Shown: positions 37,448-45,605 of the stretch, one piece after another
Layout of the letters: the number at the start of each line of letters is the position of its first letter
Position numbering within the stretch: the first letter of the stretch is position 1
Source of the DNA: an uncultured Bdellovibrionales bacterium
Lineage (GTDB): Bacteria; Patescibacteriota; Minisyncoccia; Moranbacterales; UBA1568
Direction of reading: 5' to 3'
DNA: 64,000 nt
Assembly (NCBI GenBank): GCA_964436855.1
Contig: CAYTED010000001.1
Coordinates: 21 to 64,020, forward strand
Translations under genes and position numbers: made by a program
The notes under the pieces: generated by a model
Told to the model about the DNA's origin: nothing
What the model saw: only the letters and a program-made list of their open reading frames with translations
Databases searched by the model: none

Positions 37448-37479
37448 TCATTCCGTTCTGAATTAGGACACTCTGTGTC
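37445..37479. repeat. Right copy of the perfect 35-bp inverted repeat (partner at 1-35).
   Basis: Verified as an exact reverse complement of 1-35. Confidence 0.85.
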
Positions 37480-37512
37480 AGAGTGCCAGTAAAGAATAAT
37501 ATAACGGATTTA

Positions 37513-38898
37513 CTATTCCGTCAATGGCTTTCGAGAAACAAGGGCTAAAAGGAGAAAGAAAAACAGAAGCCCGAAATGCGAAGTCCACAGCCAATGATCA
37601 AGAAGAAGACTCGGGATGATCGCAATAAGAATTGCGGATTGATGATTTTTGATTTTTCCCTCCAATAGGGCGGGCAGGGATTTTAGAATAGGAAGTAGAG
37701 CAGACACAAGAAATCCTATAAGCAACATGAGTCCAACAATCCCCAGCTCCGACCAAACAAGAAGAAAGACATTGTGTGTCGGTTGAATACTCCATACCGG
37801 ACGATCCGGTTCCTGCTTAATGATCTCTGCCGTGAAATTCCCCGCACCAACTCCAATCAAAGAATGTTCACCAATCAACGTTCGTGCATCCTGAAGCGAT
37901 ACAACGCGCTCTGAGACCGACCCTTCACGTTCGATTGTCGCTCTGTCAAAACGAGGAAAGATCTGTTCATGAAGTATAATACCGAACACGGCGACTGCTA
38001 CGCTCAATGTTCCAAATATCTGGTATAAGGTAAATGATTTTTGATCTTTGATTTTTGATTTTTGATAGACGATCATTCCGATTCCCATCACCACTCCGAA
38101 CCATGCCACCCGTGAAAATGTCAGAATGAGACCAAGGAGGATAATTATTGTACCCACTAAAAAAAGTACACCTCCTCCCCTTTCCAAGGGGAGGATCGAG
38201 GAGGGGTTGTGATCCTCTTTCAAAACCTCCCCCTGCCCCCTCCCTAGAAAGGAGGGGTGGAGAGAGAGAAACCCCATGACCAACACCAAAATCATTCCAA
38301 GAAACCCTCCCAAAATATTCGGATGCGGAAAGGTCCCATACGCACGCAACCATCGCTCATGATCAATTTTCAGAACAGATGTTCCTGCCTGTGACACCTC
38401 ATGCATACTCATGCCAAGAAGCGAAGAGCTGATGGATTGTTGCGAGACAAATTGCATGATGCCAATCCCGCTCTGTATCACGCCAGCAGCAAGTAAAACA
38501 AACACGACTTTCTTCATATCAATCTCCATCCCTCGCACCACAAAAAACAATCCCCCAGCAAAGAGTAATTTCACAAAAAAATACAAAGCGAGCATCTGAT
38601 CCCCTGCCCAGAAAATTGATGCCCCAGTCCATACTATGAAAAGCAATAACATCAATGTTGTCATTCCGACCGAGTCTCCGAGTGGAGGAATCTTGATTCC
38701 AGATTCTTGATTCCAGATTCTTTCTTTTATTGTACGAAATAATACTAAGGCAAATATCAGCAATAAAAGTATATCGGTACCATATAAAGCGACAACTCCA
38801 TACTCCCACTTCACTCCCCCAATGAAAGGCTCACGTAAAAAATACACCGTCTGAATCGGAAGGAGAAAGAGAAAAAAAAGAAAGAATTTATCCAACAT
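37513..38898 (-). CDS. O-antigen ligase/polymerase (Wzy_C) family membrane protein carrying an in-frame roughly 98-bp palindromic-repeat insertion.
   Basis: It has at least 10 TM helices. The Wzy_C motif …IGVGAGNF…PTHNVFLLVWSELGIVG is present. The ORF stays intact through the repeat (…LGRGQGEVLKEDHNPSSILPLERGGGVLF…). Confidence 0.65.
   Translation of the reverse strand: MLDKFFLFFLFLLPIQTVYFLREPFIGGVKWEYGVVALYGTDILLLLIFALVLFRTIKERIWNQESGIKIPPLGDSVGMTTLMLLLFIVWTGASIFWAGDQMLALYFFVKLLFAGGLFFVVRGMEIDMKKVVFVLLAAGVIQSGIGIMQFVSQQSISSSLLGMSMHEVSQAGTSVLKIDHERWLRAYGTFPHPNILGGFLGMILVLVMGFLSLHPSFLGRGQGEVLKEDHNPSSILPLERGGGVLFLVGTIIILLGLILTFSRVAWFGVVMGIGMIVYQKSKIKDQKSFTLYQIFGTLSVAVAVFGIILHEQIFPRFDRATIEREGSVSERVVSLQDARTLIGEHSLIGVGAGNFTAEIIKQEPDRPVWSIQPTHNVFLLVWSELGIVGLMLLIGFLVSALLPILKSLPALLEGKIKNHQSAILIAIIPSLLLDHWLWTSHFGLLFFFLLLALVSRKPLTE
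38037..38064. repeat. Heptanucleotide tandem repeat (GATTTTT x4, one variant) inside the ligase coding sequence.
   Basis: The sequence is tgattttt-gatcttt-gattttt-gattttt. Confidence 0.6.
38168..38265. mobile_element. ORF-less derivative of the palindromic element, with B1 and B2 halves adjacent, inserted in-frame in the ligase gene.
   Basis: B1 is cctcccctt-tcc-aaggggagg, a 9-bp stem, followed by gatcgaggagggg. B2 is acctccccctgccccctccctagaaaggaggggtggag. The two halves match the termini that flank the DUF559 gene. Confidence 0.65.
38690..38722. repeat. 14-bp tandem repeat (agattcttgattcc, about 2.5 copies) inside the ligase coding sequence.
   Basis: The sequence is ggaatcttgattcc-agattcttgattcc-agattc. 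Confidence 0.55.
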
Positions 38899-38970
38899 AA
38901 AACACCCGAATTATACCCAAAAAAGGCATTAAATGCTATCATTTCGCTATACGAATTTTGATTTATCGCC

Positions 38971-39567
38971 ATGCAATTCATCACCTTTTCGGGAGTCGAC
39001 GGAAGCGGAAAATCCACCCAACTCGAACTCCTGCAAAACAAACTCGAACAAGAAGGAAAGAAAGTCGCCTATTTTCACGCGATTGAGTTTTCGCTTGCAA
39101 ATAAACTCTCAAGAAATAAAAAGGTTGGAGATCAAGGAACTGGAAAATCAGTAACATCTGCATCTTTCCCTAGTATTTTATTGCGAAAAATCTTTCTCAT
39201 CATCGACCTCATCCGATTCCGGTTCTATTTCGCCAAACTACAAAAAGAGAATTACGATTATCTCCTTTCTGATCGATATTTCTTCGACACCGTCATCAAC
39301 ATTGAGTACCTACAAAAAAAGAATCTTTCTTTCATATTCAATATTCTTTATTCAATATTCTTTATTCATCCTCAAAAAGCTTTCTCCTTCGACGCCAATA
39401 CCGAAGCCATCATGTCCCGCGACCGAACACCCGAGCAAGGTATCGAATACCTCCGCGCGAAACAAGAACTCTTCAAACAGAAAATCAAGAATTGGAATAT
39501 GATCGAAATCAATGCGAACAGAGACAAAGAAAGTATTTTTCAAGAAATAAAAAATCTCGCAAGCTAG
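38971..39567 (+). CDS. tmk: Thymidylate kinase-like P-loop nucleotide kinase (divergent).
   Basis: The N-terminal FITFSGVDGSGKSTQ is the classic dTMP kinase P-loop. A DRY-like LSDRYFFDT motif is present. The gene contains an internal 14-bp tandem duplication at 39321-39365. Confidence 0.55.
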   Translation: MQFITFSGVDGSGKSTQLELLQNKLEQEGKKVAYFHAIEFSLANKLSRNKKVGDQGTGKSVTSASFPSILLRKIFLIIDLIRFRFYFAKLQKENYDYLLSDRYFFDTVINIEYLQKKNLSFIFNILYSIFFIHPQKAFSFDANTEAIMSRDRTPEQGIEYLRAKQELFKQKIKNWNMIEINANRDKESIFQEIKNLAS

Positions 39568-40004
39568 CCCCCCTCCCCTTTCCAAGGGGAGGGCAGGGAG
39601 AGGTATAAAAATGTATACCTTCAACCACATATCAACAATAGGCGCACGAAAAAATCTGCGAAAAAAATCAACACCTCAGGAAATAATTCTCTGGTCAAGA
39701 CTCAGAAAAAAAGCTCTTGGGTATAGATTTCGCAGACAACATGCCATGGGATCATATATTGTCGACTTCTGCTGCACAGAGAAGAAAATCATCATAGAAA
39801 TCGATGTATGGCAACACAAAGAAAATACCTCTTACGACTCAGATCGAACCACATACGTTCAAAACTTCGGCTACACAGTACTGCGCTTCTGGAATAATGA
39901 TATCAATGATAATCTGATAGGGGTCATCATGAAGATTGAAGAACATCTGAAGTAAACCGATACCTCCCCCTGCCCCCTCCTTGGCAAGGAGGGGTGAAGA
40001 TACC
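39567..40004 (+). mobile_element. Putative small mobile element: a B1-type palindromic terminus, a DUF559 endonuclease ORF, then a B2-type terminus.
   Basis: Terminus C (39567-39603) and terminus D (39962-40004) correspond to the two halves of the 38168-38265 repeat. The ORF fills the gap exactly. GGAGAGG in the C terminus serves as its ribosome-binding site. Confidence 0.55.
39611..39955 (+). CDS. DUF559 endonuclease-domain protein (Vsr/PD-(D/E)XK-like).
   Basis: The 114-aa product …ARKNLRKKSTPQEIILWSRLR…YRFRRQHAMGSYIVDFCC…IIIEIDVWQH… matches the DUF559 pattern. Confidence 0.7.
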   Translation: MYTFNHISTIGARKNLRKKSTPQEIILWSRLRKKALGYRFRRQHAMGSYIVDFCCTEKKIIIEIDVWQHKENTSYDSDRTTYVQNFGYTVLRFWNNDINDNLIGVIMKIEEHLK

Positions 40005-40016
40005 ACCACAACACCT

Positions 40017-41495
40017 ATGAAAAAATTCTCCTCGGCACTCATCTGGCTCACGATGTCGGAAATCATCTTCAATATCGCCGGATACATCATCCATTCCTCG
40101 GTCGGTCGCATCCTTGGTCCGGCGGATTACGGTCGATTTAGTATTATTGTAACGCTTACGACGATGGTCATTATCCTCATCGGGAATGGCATCCCGACCG
40201 CCATGTCCAAATACCTCGCTGAAATATTCGAAAGCGCACCTGAAAAAATTACAGGCATCAAACACAAAGCCATGCGTCTTCAGGCCATGCTCATGCTCGG
40301 AGTGACAGCTCTTTTCTTTTTCTCATCTCCACTTCTTGCCTGGGCACTTCACGATGCCACGCTCACCCCTCTCTTTCAGCTCTCAAGCCTCATCATCCCG
40401 TCCTTCGCCGTTGCATCGTTTTACTTCTACTACTACACCGGCCTTCATTTCTTTCGCCTTCAAGCCTTCCTCAAGACCATGCGCGCCCTTGGTCGCATCA
40501 TCTTCATCATTTCCTTTGCATACTTCTTCGGCGTACAAGGAGCAGTCTCCGGGTACATCGCCGCGCCACTGTTTGTTTTCGCTATCGCTCTCCTGTGCGA
40601 CACCTTCATCACGCACAAATATTTCCCGGCAACCAAGCAAGCAAAAAATCAAACCGTCGATTTTTCAGGGAAAACTCTCCTCGCCTATGCCTGGCCGCTT
40701 ACTCTCTTTCTTCTTTTTTATGAATTCATCCTCACACTCGATCTCTATTTCGTAAAAAGTCTCCTCCAAAGCGATTATCTGACCGGCATCTACAATGCCG
40801 CCATTACAGTTGGTCGTATCCCCTACTATCTCTTTTATGCACTCACTATCATACTCCTCCCCGCAATCTCCAAGACAACTGCCGAGCGAAACACCGAAGA
40901 AACCGAAAGCCTCGTAAACAAATCTCTCCGCCTCATGACCCTTCTTCTTTTTCCGATTATTACGCTCATGATCGCCTATTCCACACAAATCCTCAATCTT
41001 TTTTATGGCGCAAAATATCTCGATGCCGCAGCGCCGATGAACATCTTCACCATCGGCGTCGGATTTCTTACCGTTTTTTATGTCCTCTCTTTTGCCCTCA
41101 ATGGCGCGAATCTCGTAAAGATACCGATGAAACTTTCCTTTTTCGGTTTTCTTGGCATGATCATCCTCAATTTCCTTCTCATTCCGAAATACGAGCTCAT
41201 TGGCGCCGCCCTTTCAACAACGATTACCTCTCTTGTCCTTATGATTGCAATCCTCATTGCAACCGAGAAACACTTCAGCGTAAAGCTTCCCATCAAAACC
41301 ATCGTCCTCTCACTTATAAGCGCAGTTATTATTACAGCTCTTGCAAAATTCCTTCCCTATGGAATGATATCGTTCATTGTTTCCGGGACAGCGCTCTTCA
41401 TCCTTTACTTCATCCTCCTGAAGCTTTTCGGCGAACTAAAGCCATCCGACTGGGCTCCGTTTTCCAAACTCTTCAGAAAAAAATCCACCTCTTAG
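40017..41495 (+). CDS. Polysaccharide/oligosaccharide flippase (MOP superfamily, Wzx-like).
   Basis: The product is about 490 aa with 12-14 TM helices and typical Polysacc_synt architecture. I set the start after the D repeat. Confidence 0.7.
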   Translation: MKKFSSALIWLTMSEIIFNIAGYIIHSSVGRILGPADYGRFSIIVTLTTMVIILIGNGIPTAMSKYLAEIFESAPEKITGIKHKAMRLQAMLMLGVTALFFFSSPLLAWALHDATLTPLFQLSSLIIPSFAVASFYFYYYTGLHFFRLQAFLKTMRALGRIIFIISFAYFFGVQGAVSGYIAAPLFVFAIALLCDTFITHKYFPATKQAKNQTVDFSGKTLLAYAWPLTLFLLFYEFILTLDLYFVKSLLQSDYLTGIYNAAITVGRIPYYLFYALTIILLPAISKTTAERNTEETESLVNKSLRLMTLLLFPIITLMIAYSTQILNLFYGAKYLDAAAPMNIFTIGVGFLTVFYVLSFALNGANLVKIPMKLSFFGFLGMIILNFLLIPKYELIGAALSTTITSLVLMIAILIATEKHFSVKLPIKTIVLSLISAVIITALAKFLPYGMISFIVSGTALFILYFILLKLFGELKPSDWAPFSKLFRKKSTS

Positions 41496-41676
41496 AGCCT
41501 GTTGGAAAAGTCTCTTTCGTCGCGAAATTCCAGTTTTTTGAGCGAAAAAGATGAAGAGCGAGGAAGGCTATCAAGTCGATAACCTGACGAGCTGTGAATC
41601 TTTTGCAGCCAAAAAACTGGAATTGCAGCAGAATACGGACTTTTTCAACAGGCTCTTAGAACCTCTTGACTATTTC
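41494..41676. repeat. Roughly 180-bp imperfect palindrome with nested arms (agagcctgttggaaaagtc…gactttttcaacaggctct; aaattccagtttttt…aaaaaactggaatt).
   Basis: The arms are reverse complementary with few mismatches. It starts at the flippase stop codon. Confidence 0.55.
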
Positions 41677-41744
41677 TTCACAGCACTCACAAAAAAGAGT
41701 AGTCTGACATCAACGTTCCCGACGACCCTTACAAGGAGGTCTTT

Positions 41745-42128
41745 ATGAGCGCGTTCTTTCCGGCGTATGCGCAGCAAATGTTCCTCGCTGCGGCATACAC
41801 CCCGGTGCTTTTCTGTGTCGTTCCGACACTCGATGGCATCGCAATCTTCTGGCACACTATTGCGAAAACCTTCGAAAAAGAAGATGATCTGTCAATCGAC
41901 CCGTACCTCCTCGCCGCAAACCTGATCCAATACTGGATTGCAGCGAAAAACTTTCCCGAGGCTCCGATAGCACAAACACCGTGCTTGTCGTACGAGAGAG
42001 ATTGCGGGAAAGCCACTCGGAAACTCCTCACGGATCGTCCGTATCTCCTAAAATACTGGGAGACAGATCCGGTGCAAGTAATGAATGAAATCCAACGCCT
42101 TTTGGGACGACAATGTCCCTGTGTCTAA
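41745..42128 (+). CDS. Hypothetical protein.
   Basis: A 127-aa ORF with no recognised family. A terminator follows it. Confidence 0.3.
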   Translation: MSAFFPAYAQQMFLAAAYTPVLFCVVPTLDGIAIFWHTIAKTFEKEDDLSIDPYLLAANLIQYWIAAKNFPEAPIAQTPCLSYERDCGKATRKLLTDRPYLLKYWETDPVQVMNEIQRLLGRQCPCV

Positions 42129-42153
42129 CAACGAAAGATACAAAGACACAAAC

Positions 42154-42182
42154 CCTGTCCGCGCACAGGGCTTCTTTTTGTC
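42154..42182. terminator. Bidirectional intrinsic terminator (ccctgt-ccgcgc-acaggg plus a T-run).
   Basis: A hairpin plus U-tract lies between convergent genes. Confidence 0.5.
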
Positions 42183-42197
42183 ATAATATTGAATTCT

Positions 42198-43724
42198 TCA
42201 CACTCCCCACCGATACACAAACATCGCGCCGCGGACACTCTCATTACTCACACGCGTAAGATTTTTTTCAAAATATGTTTTCAAATCTTTCGAGATATAA
42301 TCGCTCATATCATTATCCGACAAAATAACCCATCCGGTCGGATGCACCTCTTGAATCAAAAGAAACTCATTCACCGTCATTCGGTGTCGATCGATCTCAT
42401 CGCCCAAATCAAACACCCTCACCTTCGCGCCGGAGAAATAATAATTTCGGAAATTTCGCGTGATCAGCGCATCCGTCGGCAATTGCTCTTTCTTCAAAAA
42501 AGTAAATACCTTTCGATAATTCGGATTACTTCCCGACGATGTCTCGTGGTAAGTATTATTCTCCTCGAAAAAATACCCGTAATTCGGCAGAAGAAGAAGC
42601 AGTGCCGCAAGCGCCGCCAGCATCCCTCGCTTCCCCCATTCCGGAAATTTTTCTCGTACCACATTCCACAGACGATACATCCCGACCGCGGCAAGCATCA
42701 TACCGAATGACTGCGCAAAGAAAATATACTGCGGCCCGGCATTCCGCCGGAAAAACCAAATCGCAAGCGCGAGCGGTACGAGAAACGACACTGAAAGATA
42801 CAAAGCAGCTGAAAATCGTTTCTCTCGAAACAGAGCAATCATTCCCAAAACAATCATCCCAACGCCAAAAAGCGGATGCCAGAAATCCCGCAGCATATAT
42901 CCGACATACGAATAGTGATCGTCAAAAAATATGAGTCCCGCCGTGAACGATTGAACAAATTTCGGCGCAATAAAAGAGAACACGCCCGCACCGATTATGC
43001 CAAGCGCGAGAAAACCGAAATATTTATTTTTCCATCGGTGCTCCGCTCGATACACAGAAAAACCAGCAAGAAAAAGATATACCGCACAAGAAAAAACGAT
43101 CACGGCTGTTAATTGGTGGGTCGCAAGCGAAAGAATACCCAAAAAAAGCGCTGGAACAATACAATACCCATTCACACCAACTTTCTCCCAAAGCATTCGG
43201 AGAAGCATATTTTTTCCCCGATACGCGTATTCAAGAAGAAGATATACAGTAGTCGCTAATGCAAGATATACCGGAAAAAACATCGCATACATTCGAATAT
43301 GCCGGTCGAACTCTATACCAGACACACTCACCGCAAAGAGAAATGCCGCGAATAATCCAATTTCCTTTTTCCCAGTAAAAACCAGAGTTGCCCAAAAAAG
43401 AACCAACAACGAAACTGTTCCCCAAAGGACGCTCATTGCTCGCGCTGTCGTTTCGGTTGGCGGAAAAAAACGAAAGAGTTGCGCCACCTGCCACTTGTAC
43501 ACATTCGCTCTCTCGTCCCGCGCCTCGTTTACATTCACTTCACTCGGCTTCCCGTAATTAAAGTCCCATGCTCTCCATTCGCCCGTCTTAAAGTACCCGT
43601 ATGAAGAATTCACATCAAGAAATTCATCCGACACAAACGAATTGTTCCCAAGGTCATATCCTCGCAAACCCATTCCCAAAACGACAATACCCGCCAATAC
43701 CCACCACGTTTTTTTCCAGCTCAT
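42198..43724 (-). CDS. GT-C fold membrane glycosyltransferase (GT39/83-like, ArnT/PMT family).
   Basis: It has an N-terminal TM helix, an early periplasmic loop with a DE-containing motif (…SFVSDEFLD…), 11 or more TM helices and a C-terminal periplasmic domain. Confidence 0.6.
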   Translation of the reverse strand: MSWKKTWWVLAGIVVLGMGLRGYDLGNNSFVSDEFLDVNSSYGYFKTGEWRAWDFNYGKPSEVNVNEARDERANVYKWQVAQLFRFFPPTETTARAMSVLWGTVSLLVLFWATLVFTGKKEIGLFAAFLFAVSVSGIEFDRHIRMYAMFFPVYLALATTVYLLLEYAYRGKNMLLRMLWEKVGVNGYCIVPALFLGILSLATHQLTAVIVFSCAVYLFLAGFSVYRAEHRWKNKYFGFLALGIIGAGVFSFIAPKFVQSFTAGLIFFDDHYSYVGYMLRDFWHPLFGVGMIVLGMIALFREKRFSAALYLSVSFLVPLALAIWFFRRNAGPQYIFFAQSFGMMLAAVGMYRLWNVVREKFPEWGKRGMLAALAALLLLLPNYGYFFEENNTYHETSSGSNPNYRKVFTFLKKEQLPTDALITRNFRNYYFSGAKVRVFDLGDEIDRHRMTVNEFLLIQEVHPTGWVILSDNDMSDYISKDLKTYFEKNLTRVSNESVRGAMFVYRWGV

Positions 43725-43743
43725 AGCTTTTCAATTCATCAAC

Positions 43744-45510
43744 TTATTCGCTCTCATCTTCCGTTTGTGCGCCCTGTCGGAGGAAAAACTCCCTCCACGT
43801 GTAACGAGGATTCTTGTCATTTGAATCGGTTCCCGGAATATTTGGTCCAAATATCTGTCGCTCCGGAATATCTAGATCTTTCTTCGGCGAAAATTCTATG
43901 ACCACCAATGTCCCAAACTTTACTTCGCGGACCATATCGTAGGTCGCAAGGTATTTCTTGATTGCATCGTTATGATCCGACTTGGTCCGAATAATAAGAT
44001 AATAGAGCCCTTCGCGATACACCCCGCTCAATCCGAGCACATCATTTTCCAATCCCCGTCGTTCGAGAAGATATTTGAGCGCGCGCCTGTGCTGCGGTTC
44101 CGAATACATATATATCGGGTATCCGCCCATACGCTTTGATTCAGATTCCATAAAATCAAGAATCTGATTTTGTTGTTCAAGCGTCACCCGAATCCGTTCC
44201 TTGAGAATCCGATCCGGGACATTCCGTACCGATTTCACTCCGGCGTGAGCGAGTTCGTCAAATCGGTGCGACAAAAACCAAAGATTTCCAAAAATAAGCA
44301 AACATACGAGTACGATACCAAGCCGATACCCCACATTCCCGCGCCGCATCGTATGCCGAAGCGACTCCACAAAAAGCCCGAGCAGAAGAAACGGGAGCGG
44401 CGCCACCAAAAGAAAAAACCTTGGTGCAATCGACGTCGCAATCGGAAGAAAGAGAAGGAAAGACACCGAGAACCACAAACCGCAGAGAAGAAGCGCGTCC
44501 GATTGTTTCCGAGACTCCGATCCGCGAACATACTTCCACGCACCGTACACAATCGCACACACTACGCCACACATAAGAAAAACGGTTGGAATCGTTCCGC
44601 GCTTGCACCCGCTATCGCAAACAAACGCCAGTTCATCACCAATCACACGTTGCCACTCCGGAAATGCCCCACCCTCATATCCCGAAAGCACCACAAGATA
44701 CCCGAGAGCATTCTCGCTTATATTTTTATATCCTTTATAGAAAATCGAATGCTCACTCTCGCTTTTTTTCGTTACCGCCTTCAGAAACTCCTCCGCATTT
44801 CGCCCGCCGGTCGCGATATCGTTCAGGATAACGGGAGTATAGAGAAAAATCACCATTCCAATGGCCGAAACCCACCCTTTCCAAGAAATTCTCGGCCGAC
44901 GAAAAAGAAGAAAAGCGCCCGCAATAACTGGCAGCGCGACAAAGGCGAGAAAATGCAACTGTGTTGCGAGAGTAAGCCCGAATGCGGAAACCGAAAGCCA
45001 GAACCCTTTTTTCATTTCTTCCCGATCAACCGCGCGGAGAAGCGCATACATCCCGAGAAGAACGAAAAATGGAATCGGGTTCGGATTCCACGCGAACCGA
45101 CCGTAGAGCACAAGAAAGGTCGACGACGCAAAAAGAAGCGTGAGTACCACAGAAGGTTTATCCGAAAATAATCGTCGGGCAAACAGAAAAAAAATCGGAA
45201 TCGACGCGACAGACAAGAGCATGACAATCACAGCGATTCCCGACGGTGTCGCCCCAAAGAGAAGTGCGCTCACGTATTGGAAATAATAAAACACCGGACC
45301 GAGTCGAAGCGGTGTCCCTCCCGCCTTTGGACCCTGAAGAGGGAGATCGAAGAAATCGCCATTCACTGCGCGATCGATCACTCGCGCATCCCGCGCCTGA
45401 TCAAGCTCAAAATGCAGCCAATCCGAAAAATGATAGACTCGAAGCAAAAAACCGAATATTGTAATAGCGGCTATCAGCAAAACAACCTGCTTCCGAGAGA
45501 GCGAAGCCAT
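43744..45510 (-). CDS. GT-C fold membrane glycosyltransferase (ArnT/PMT-like).
   Basis: The architecture is the same as the neighbouring gene. The first loop carries …HFELDQARD…. Confidence 0.6.
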   Translation of the reverse strand: MASLSRKQVVLLIAAITIFGFLLRVYHFSDWLHFELDQARDARVIDRAVNGDFFDLPLQGPKAGGTPLRLGPVFYYFQYVSALLFGATPSGIAVIVMLLSVASIPIFFLFARRLFSDKPSVVLTLLFASSTFLVLYGRFAWNPNPIPFFVLLGMYALLRAVDREEMKKGFWLSVSAFGLTLATQLHFLAFVALPVIAGAFLLFRRPRISWKGWVSAIGMVIFLYTPVILNDIATGGRNAEEFLKAVTKKSESEHSIFYKGYKNISENALGYLVVLSGYEGGAFPEWQRVIGDELAFVCDSGCKRGTIPTVFLMCGVVCAIVYGAWKYVRGSESRKQSDALLLCGLWFSVSFLLFLPIATSIAPRFFLLVAPLPFLLLGLFVESLRHTMRRGNVGYRLGIVLVCLLIFGNLWFLSHRFDELAHAGVKSVRNVPDRILKERIRVTLEQQNQILDFMESESKRMGGYPIYMYSEPQHRRALKYLLERRGLENDVLGLSGVYREGLYYLIIRTKSDHNDAIKKYLATYDMVREVKFGTLVVIEFSPKKDLDIPERQIFGPNIPGTDSNDKNPRYTWREFFLRQGAQTEDESE

Positions 45511-45605
45511 AATTCCCTTTTTCTTCTTTTTACGCTAAAATAAGCTCACAAAGATATTTTCTCTAATCAGTATACGACCTCTCGCACCGAGAGGCAATAA
45601 GAGTT

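Noticed and set aside
1-37479. The 35-bp inverted-repeat pair as the ends of a 37-kb transposon.
   Set aside because: The interval contains core essential genes (gltX, priA, def, fmt) and no transposase or recombinase. It is more consistent with a duplicated regulatory or leader segment, inversion endpoints or an assembly artefact.
25748-40004. The G/C-rich palindromic repeats as a CRISPR array.
   Set aside because: There are only 3-4 copies. They are tens of kb apart or in two different half-types, with no regular spacer periodicity and no cas genes. They behave like dispersed palindromic elements, not CRISPR repeats.
44170-45171. 333-aa plus-strand ORF, basic and His/Arg/Lys-rich, antisense to the GT-C gene 43744..45510.
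   Set aside because: It is an antisense artefact inside a convincing polytopic membrane-protein gene and has low-complexity composition.
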